Both the position numbers and the translations under genes were made by a program. DNA of 64,000 nucleotides from Diadema antillarum (lineage: Eukaryota): positions 1,054,001-1,118,000 of the forward strand of contig NW_027271158.1 of NCBI RefSeq assembly GCF_040938485.1, in the 5' to 3' direction. This document shows, one piece after another, positions 49,501 to 59,400 of this stretch (positions within the stretch are counted from its first letter, which is position 1; each line of letters starts with the position of its first letter). The notes beneath the pieces are model-generated. The model worked only from the letters and a program-made list of their open reading frames with translations. It was not told the DNA's origin and made no database searches.

Positions 49501-52500
49501 ATCTGTGACAATCTATCATCATACCAATTCAGCAGAAAGACTAACATTTTCTTTTCTTTTTTTAAACTTTCATTTGGAAGGAAAACAAGTACTTGGATAC
49601 AGATAAATTGTTATCAGGCATCTCCTACTTTCTTCACACTCTATCAACACGTAAGAAATCCATACCTACCTCAAGAAAAGATCCCTAATTGTACTTTCAT
49701 TTTCTTTGCACAGAAATATCTCACTTTGTTTCCGTTCTGTGGACAGCATTATGAGAATACACAGAGAGTAAAGACAGACATCTACCAACCCTTAACCCGT
49801 TGAGGACAAGTCCCGAGTATACTCGGGCAAATGTCTATGGAAAATGCGTGTTGTATCAAAATCAGCCCGTCCTCAATGGGTTAACTTGTACATTTGTACA
49901 AAACTACACTGGATTACAGTACACCTTGGCATCAGACAAATTAACATTTCCCATGTTTAACATGAACAACAACTTCTCAGTTTCAAGAACGAAACTGTCC
50001 AATATTTTCTACCTCACATCCCATGTTCCACATGAACAAATTAATGACATCCTCAAAAATCAGAGCATCCTCATGCTTTACATACTCGTCATGACAGAGG
50101 AGACAGATATAGATATTACACAATGCCCGAATCAATTACATCACTTCGAAAAATCTCTGAAATTGTAGGCCGCCCCATTTGTACTGATGACGACAATTTC
50201 CTACAAGACCTGACTGTGTAAGGAGAGCCACCGCAATAGTCTACGCAGGCAATTTAATCATCACCCGTCATGTCATCAACCAAAAACAACAATTAAAGGA
50301 CCCATCATGTTTCGAGAATGAAATGTATCTTGAAAGATACAACTGCCCACCCCTAAAATCTTTTGGAACAATATCACGCAGAGAAACTATTCAGAAGTTG
50401 CACGAATGGACCGGCATATATGGTAATATATGAAGAAAATTGTATGAATGTCTCAGTAGTATTGAATATATACATGTTTGTTCATAAGAACTATAATGTA
50501 CTCCCTCTGAAAACCAAGCTTTTTCCATAAAAGTTTTTCTTTTTCCTTAATGTCTAATCACTGCTGTCACATGATATTGATAAGGATCTTCATTTATTTC
50601 ATTGGAAGAGGAAAAATTTGCTTTTGCAATAACTTCAGGATTTTGCCTAAAGCTTTTACATTTATCTAGATTCTCTGTGAGGCCTTGCCCGCTACGTCGT
50701 TTATTGATTTTCAACAAATTTGCTGATATATCCCCAGACAGACATTGTTACATGGAAAATTACCTTCCTCTATGCAGTCTCACAATTTTAATTATGTCTG
50801 GAAAAAACAAAAAGCCAGATCGATAAACTCCTTTTTTTTCTGATTCATTTGCCCTGATAAGAGGAAGGAAGCAACACCTGCAAGTCTGGTAACAATGAAT
50901 TATCACTTCCTAATGCAACATCGAACATACCAAACTTCAGCCTTCATATCAAACCACCAAATTTCTACATAAAGGTCATACTACCAGTCCCTGTTTCACA
51001 CTAGCAAAACTTTGAGCTTTAGAAAAGACGACAAAGTCAACAGAAGTATGTGCACAATTTAATGTATGATGTTATTGTTTCTGCTTTATTTTAAAAAAGT
51101 AGAATAAATAAAATGAAAAAATATGAAAATGAGGCTAAACGTGATATACAGTTGTAGATGGGGGGGGGGGGATGTCAAATTACAACATTCCTGTGTGGGT
51201 CATATTGATTATTACTTGTACATGCTTCACACAGACAAATTTTTGAGCTACAATAATGAACACAGAGTTATGGTAGCATTTGTATAGTCAAAAGACATAT
51301 TTTGTTGTTATTCATACTTTAAAAAAGAGATAACATGAGAAAATAAGGAGATGAAAATGGGGCATAGTGTGAAAATGGGAAAAGGGGGGGGGGGGGGAAG
51401 GGATAGAGAAGAATAGAGAATCAACAGGTACAAGCATATAAATGTGTCAAGAGATGATGAGGTGACTGTTTGGTTTCTCCAAACCACAAATGTCAGACCA
51501 GTAACAGGTGAACGAGGGGTCACCTTAACACCCTGGCTGGTTTCCTTTCTACACACTGACTCATCCAAACACCCCCCTGAGCTCTGATAGACTGGGGGAT
51601 TCATCGCCACTTTGCAGCAATTGTTTGAGGGCTCCTCCTCAATAAATGGCCATCGGTTTGAGGTACACACATGTGATATTTTGAAGGCTCTCCTACACAT
51701 GTGTGCATCAATTGAGGGCCCCGGTGCAGGATTGCGACAAACGTGATTGCGACAAACGTGATCGCGACATACATACTCACAAACGCAACTCTCGAAACGT
51801 AACTGGCCGGTGGCCAAGTCGAGTATGCCTTTCTTGCTCGCTCGTACTCATTCGTAACCTTGTAATTATCAGGGTCAATATGCACCACTGTTCAGTATGT
51901 ATGCACTCCATTTATGCTACATTCCCAAATAAGGGCATAAAGGGCACAGATAAAGGGAATCTGCTAAAATGTGAACACTCCAAAGAAACACTGATACATT
52001 CATAACCCCACATGACTTGCTTTACAGTACATCATGTAGAGAGGTACCTACCTTGTAAAAGGAACCTGTCTGTTCAAGCGTAGAGAGACACATTTCAAGC
52101 TGATCTAGTCAATTTTTATGAATCTTGATTCCAAATTTGAATTGCATTTTTCAAAACAGACATATATCTAATTTTGCTTGGTGGATCCAAGAATGGAGAT
52201 GTTTAAAAAAAAAAAGTTTAGGTTGATTCTGAGTACAATATTGCAATCTGAAGGGTTTTACTTCTCAATCGTGCTAGTGGACAAGAATAACAATGTCCAA
52301 TTATTTTTTTTTTCTTAATATTGATTTCAAACATACCGACAGAAACTTCCAAAATGCTTTTCTTTTCCTTTGGTAAATTTTTCCCAATTTCCACCAAAAT
52401 TAGTGAGAAAGATGGGATTTGGGAAAACAGTAACATTTCAAACATTTTAGCTGATGACATTCTGACGTTTAGTGCAGGAAATAAATGAAATAATTCTGTT

Positions 52501-55500
52501 GCAGTGTTTGAGTGTGAATCAATGGGAGGGGGGTAACAAAGAGAATTCACAAAGATTTAAAAAAAAAATTGAAGTCATGATGCTTTTCTAATGATAATGA
52601 TTTTATTTGAACCTCTGCTGGAGTCATGACAAAAACATGGTCATTTTACCTTCGATCCAAACAGATAGATAAATAAATATTAAAAGGAATAGTTTTGAGC
52701 TATAGTGTGGATCACTCACATCAAGACGTACAAATACCTTCAGAGCTCAATCTTTCCATGAGTTAAAATACCCGTCAAATGCAAATGGCAGACTTCAATC
52801 CTTACCTGATTGTATCTGCTTGAGGAAATTGGGCATGAGAAGCTGATATTGACAAGTCTTTTGTTAGCAGTCATGCATACATGGGTTCTCAGTCCAATCT
52901 TTGATTAATCAGTCTTCCTGAAACAGCTAAACATATCACAATCACTGTTTCATTATACTGATCTCTCCGACGGAAGACACCATCGCTATCAGGAGATTAT
53001 AAGAAACACTCCTCCATGCTGCCTTCTTGCTGGCTTAGCACAATACACCTGAAATCCATGATTTGACATAGCACTCCTCGGCTCAGATGAATCCTCACAT
53101 TCATCAGTGAATAATCCATGAACCTCGAAGCCAAGCAACACAAGGAATGGCAGTGTAAGGTTGAGATGCTACCGTTAGCTCCTCTCAACCAAGAACATCA
53201 CTGTAAAAAGTTATCACATCTCTGTGTGGGCAGCTCCATGATTTTAATAAATTTTTCTCTGGCATCCCTGCAAAAAGGAAATGAAATAAAATATTCCTGG
53301 CACTTCTAAATACTTCACATGCAGTGAACCCAATGCTGCCCGAGAACATGACACGTCAACTCATCAATTCATTATCAAAATTCTTCTGAACAGCATCACA
53401 AATTCACATCGTGAAGCTATGGCTCACAGCATTAGTACCCACAGACAACCAACTGGAGGGATACCTGGCGAAAAAGTGCACTCTAAGGAACAAGGAAATT
53501 TCACGGCACATGAGCACGAGGAAAACCTCAACCTGTGTTCCATGATGTCCTTTCAGACTAGAGTCAGTAACAAAAGCCTCTCTAAAAACTTCCTCATGAT
53601 GTAATCCAATCTGGGATGCTTTTAGAAAAAGACAATACAACATGAAATCCTGGTTAGTAGCAAAAGGACTAGGCAGAATTTAATCTGAACCATGTTCCCA
53701 AGCACTATTACCTCATCAGAAAGGAACATCCATCTCCAACAAAACCATCCTCATTTTGTTCATTCATGATAACTGGCATTAGAATGCGTTGGGTTTGAAA
53801 TTCCTCTCTTCCTTTAATTACAGTAGCTAATGTCAAAGTCTCTTTAAGGAGACCTGTGGATGATTTTCAGACTTTTACATTTAAACAACAATAAATTAGT
53901 CATAGTAATGAGTACAGAGTTTCAGAATTTATAGTGATTGGGATGAGGAATAAGAATGTTTTCAAAGTTTATATCAAATTGCAATGAACAAGGATGTTGA
54001 TATGGCAGCCTTGCCATAAGAATGCATGAGTTGGGGCTCAAGGAAGCAGAACAAAAAAAAAAAAGAGGGCACGCACAGATTGTACGTACATAGGGGAACT
54101 TGTTAAGCAAGCAGTATTGTAATGGAATTACACTGCTACATTTCTGATTCAAATAAGTGAGGCTAATACAATGTCATCAACATTGTTCAGTGTGATTTGT
54201 TTACAATTTTTCACAGTATTGGTTTCTCTGCTCAAGGACCAAAATAAATTCCACAAATTAATCTATACATGGAGTTGTCGATTTATGTACATGTACATGA
54301 TGTGAAATTATGAAAATCATCTGGAATGCCCCTTTAACTCTTTGCTCACTTTCTTGTTTCAGGTCATCTATTATGATATGCTGTTGACATTATGTGCAAA
54401 TAGGTTTGCTACAGACTGGTAATGAAACAGCTTAAAGGGATCGTATAGTTTTGGTTGAGACCTAATTTCAGGTTTCTAACACTTTTTGGTGAGATAATGA
54501 GAAACCTCCTATGAAATATGAAAGAGCATGTAATTCTATGAGGAATTCAACGTTAATTTGATGAAAATTGATTTTGAAATGGCTGAGATATGTCAAAAAA
54601 AGAGCGATTCTAATAAAGTGTGGGACGGACCCACACTTTATTACGATCGCTTTGTTTTACTTTGTTTTTTGGATGTTTCAGTAATTCTAAACCCGATTTT
54701 CATCAAATAAACTTTGAATTCCTCTTAAAATGGTATGTTCTGTACTACATCATAAGTGTTTTTTTGGTATCTCGCAAAAATTTAAAAGCCCAATTCTCAT
54801 CTGCACCAATACTGTTAAACATCCCTTTAATTCCCTTTATCTTGATTGGAGTCGATCATTACTGATGAGAGGCACACTTCAATGCACATATTTGCTGACT
54901 GTTGCTATTCCTGGTTTTCAAAAGTACTGTAAAACGAGGAATGTTCTCGTGCATTTTAATTTCGCGAATTTTGTGAGCGGCAACATTCACGAAATTAAAA
55001 TGCACACAAAAGTTCTTGCCTACAAAATATGCATTGGATGCCAGTGGCAAGTCACGAAATTTCATGCTGCAAGAAAGGCTGTTGGCTCCAATTAATTCGC
55101 AAAATTTTCATGCCGCGAATATATCGTGTTTTACAGTACCCGTCAGGCAGCAAAAGAACATCTATTTGATTGGACCACCCATAAATTCCCCAAGCCACAG
55201 GTGTACCGGTACCAAGTCTTTGAAACCAATGTTGATATTTGGTTGATTGATATTCAAGATACAGATCTGGAATTGACAGTTATGTCATCCCCACACACCT
55301 ATGTATTCAAGAATATGAAATGACATTTCATCTGGTATAGGGTATATCTTCTTAAAGGACAAGTTCACCTTCATAAACATAAGGATTGAGAAAATGCAAC
55401 AATATTAGTAGAACACATCAGTGAAAGTTTGAGGAAAATTGCACAATCGATGGAAAAGTTATGAATTTTTTAAATTTTTGTGTTGGAACCGCTGGATGAG

Positions 55501-56402
55501 GAGACTACTACAGCTTGTGAGTCATATGCGTACAACAGTATAAAGAAAATGTAACAGAAAATTCAACATATTTTCACTTTTTTGGCATAATAAAAGTGCA
55601 CTTGACTTGCCTCTTTCTAAAGGCAGGGGGAATAATATTACCCATAACATTTGTCGGTAACGAGTCAGGGGAATGTGTACTTTTCTCAAAAGATGGAATT
55701 TTGTGAAATTCTCTTTATATTTTCCTTATATTGTTGTACGCATGTGACATCTAAGTTATTCATACACTGCAGTAGTCTTCTCATCCAGCGGGTACTGCAC
55801 AAAAACTTCAAAAATTCATAACTTTTGAACGGATTGTCTGATTTTCCTCAAACTTTCAATGATGTGTTCTACTAATATTGCTATACATTCTCTCAATCCT
55901 TATGTTTATGAAGGTGAACTTGTCCTTTAAGGCTCATATTGAAATAAGATAAGGAACTTTTAATATAGCCATTTGTCTTGAGGTTGCCTCATTTAAAAGA
56001 ATAATTGCTTTATTAACAGCCACATGGAATGACTTATATTGTACAAATCAACGATGGAAAGAAACATATCTTTTTACTAAGTACTAAAGTATTCAAACCA
56101 TTATGCTTTCATATAATGCCAGAATGTAGTAAATTGCAGACAGCAACATACTGAACATGTACCACAGTTTGTCTCATTCTGAATACTAGACATAGTGCAA
56201 CCAAAGAGGAGACTGCTCAGCCAAAATATAATATGTTTTTTCGCTCTGGCAAGATTCCATATCCCCTCCAACTTCCTCTTCTTGATAACAGCAATAAATT
56301 AACGCAAGGGGAGGAGGAATCGCTGAAGGGAAAAAGAACATGCAGACAATGTCACACCACGTTCAAGGTAGAAGTCCTTTACTCGCAAACACTTGCCGCA
56401 CT

Positions 56403-56434
<32 letters not shown>

Positions 56435-59400
56435 TTGCTGGTATGTGAAGATCCCCCTGTTCAGACGCAAGCCAGTTTATACCAAAATTTGATAAAGAAA
56501 CAACGTATAAAGAATCATTGTATAGCTGACAGACCGTTCAGACATGGTTCAGACGCTAATCTTGACCGTTCTGGAAATCGTCACACAGATGCACAGTTTT
56601 CCACTGCGCATGTTGTTATGGTCATGACATGGCTGCTAGCGACAGGAATAGGGTCACCTTTTGCATGAGCTCACATTAAGCCTTGCCCAGTTATACCATA
56701 CTATGGTCGCCATACGTTCAGACGCACAATGGACATGATGGAATGCTGATTTGTTATCGAGTTCTAGTTTGAAATGTCACACTAACCATCATTTTGTTAT
56801 ACGTCATTTTGTTTAGTCAGCGTTCAGATGTATATATTCATCATATAGCTATACCGTTGTAGTTAGAATTTTTTGCGTCTGAACACCCTGGAATAAAATA
56901 CTCATATTTCATTGCCATTGTGATGTTCAAGGCATAACAACCTGGGATGACTCATAGAGAAGGTCAGCTTTTTCCTCACACTGCCAGATGGATTTCGTTA
57001 CTAACATCGCCCACATCAGAAACATGCGTATAGTGCAGCAATCTCTATACTCTCATAGCCACAACTTGCAACCACAGAAATTGAATTGTTTAAAAAAAAA
57101 AAATGACAGTAGCGAATTTTCTAAAAGCTTCAGACATTATTTGACATCATCAAAGCTGTAAGAGCATACATTAAAAAAATAATAATAAAAAAACTCAGCA
57201 CATATCATTTCTAAGTCTGTGATTCATTGTCGAAGATCTCTACTTTCACACAATGACCTGGCTCTTTCTAATTTCACTTTCAAGCACAAAGGCATCTTTT
57301 TTTCTGTTCTTTTTTTTTCGTCTCACGTCCTTTCATGATTATGCGTGTATCAGTCTCTCTGCCATTATGTTCAATTATGACATTTATAAAGCAATTCAGC
57401 TTTATAATATACACAAATGTTCCGTGCCTGCAACTTGTATGCATCCAATTTCAGAGCATGTCCAATATGCGCTGTTGACAGTGGCATTTTCCCAATAGAC
57501 TCTACAAATTTAGCTTCCAACATCCAACCATAACATATTTCTCTTCATCTCAAGTGTGCATGCGCAAAATTGATCAACTTATCAGGATGACCACTTCTTA
57601 GCTGTGGCTTCAAAACGCAAAATATCACCAGAAATGCCACAGAATTACATGTAGGTGCAATTTGTGCAAATTCACTGCATGACCTGAGAGATGCTAGCCG
57701 TATGCTCATGCAGTACACCATGTGCATACCTCGGAATATTTTGTAAACATCCAAAAGCTGATTACAGAAGGAATGATGACTTAAGAGCAACATTTCATCT
57801 CACATTTAAGTGATGGGGGTCGCAAGGGGTCAAAGTGAAGAAATGAGGAGAGAGGAAGACTTATCATACTGTTGCCAGGCAACAACGAACAATATCACAT
57901 CACAGGATATGGAGCAGGTTTGGGATTCGATCCAAGACTGAACAGTGCTCTACATTTTTTTTTCCCTCCGGTGGCCCGGTCAGGCCACTAAAATCTTTGA
58001 ATCTGACATTTTGGTGGCCCAAAAAAGAATGTTGTGGCCCCAAAACAAGGGGAAAAATAAAAAATTTGTTTCGAATCTTACAATGCCCGATCTGGCCACC
58101 AAAAGATAGCTTTTTCTGGACATTTGGTGGCCCGACATCAAGTTTTACTGGCCCCAGGCCACTGGGCCACTGTGCTGCTACATGTAATGTCGAACCCTGA
58201 TGCAACAAAGTTGACATCAAACATAAGGTTGAAAATCAAGCATAAGTCTCTGAATACTCGATGATGATTGGCCGATACCTGACTTATATTTGATTTCTGA
58301 CTTGCGTTTGATTGCATCTTTTTGTGCAACAGTGTCCTGATAACAAAACTGAGTTCTTGTAAATATCCTTTTCATATGAAGAATACAGTGGGTTATGATA
58401 ATGTTCAACAATCTTCTCACTTTAATGAGGTTATTAAAACAGAGAAAGAATCCTGGCATTCGCACATTAACAGGTCCAGGAAATTTGATGCTGTTACATG
58501 GTAAACAATTTAGCACACCATCTAACAACCTCTTTCATGAAGCATGCACCGAGGACTCTTCCATTTCTTAGAAGGGATGAGGAAGGAGGATGTGAGGGGT
58601 TTTATTAGTCCGGTATTCCACAATCAACATGACTCATCATATACATGTATTAGCTATGCCACGGGTGGAGCGGGCGCGAGAATTCTAGAGTAGGGGAAAT
58701 CCCTACTTAGACAGCTGGCTCCTGGGTTTTAAAAATAAAAAAAAATCACAAACAACAACAACAACAAAGCACTATGCATATCATTTTTTATAATTTGCTT
58801 TGATGAATGTCATCTTGACACTGGTGATTATTGGCAAGGCTGCAAACTACGTCACCGTGAATGCCAACTCAAGTCGGCCGAGAAGACAATCTACTCATTT
58901 CGTAATGTCGACGGAATTCTGGCGAATTAGCGACGGATAAGCATGCTGAGACGAATTCCCCCAAAGTGGCCCAAGGATAAGGAATAATATTCAGTTAACT
59001 ACAATGTACAAGTCATCAGGATGATGATTAACAGGAGGCTCTGAGGACTTATTTCATGACAGTTTTTAAAGACATGCAATGCAACAGGTTCTAGTCAGTA
59101 TCCACAATATACACTACCCCTTCCTAAACCTCTATCCCAGCATCCAGTATACAGTATTTGACACAATCTCGGCACAGATAGATCAGTGACTAAAAATACC
59201 AACTAGGCAATGTTTAAAATCTAGAAAGATAGGCATCTGTACAATGTCATTTGCTCCTTATCTGTCAAGAATTGGAGCATGGTGACATTAGTGATGTTCC
59301 TAGCCTATAATATACAGTTGTAGGTGGAGAATGCAGCTATCTAATTGTCTTTGCTTTATTCAAAAGCTAAATGTCTTTGCTAAGCGATATGTCTGATGCA

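Noticed and set aside
53456-53464. U12-type 5' splice site (GTATCCCTC)
   Set aside because: Deviates from GTATCCTT at +7 and no U12 branch site identified; treated as an ordinary candidate donor
58691-58712. Helitron 3' hairpin (AGTAGGG-GAAAT-CCCTACT next to CTAG)
   Set aside because: Spacing to CTRR atypical and no matching 5' end or second copy seen
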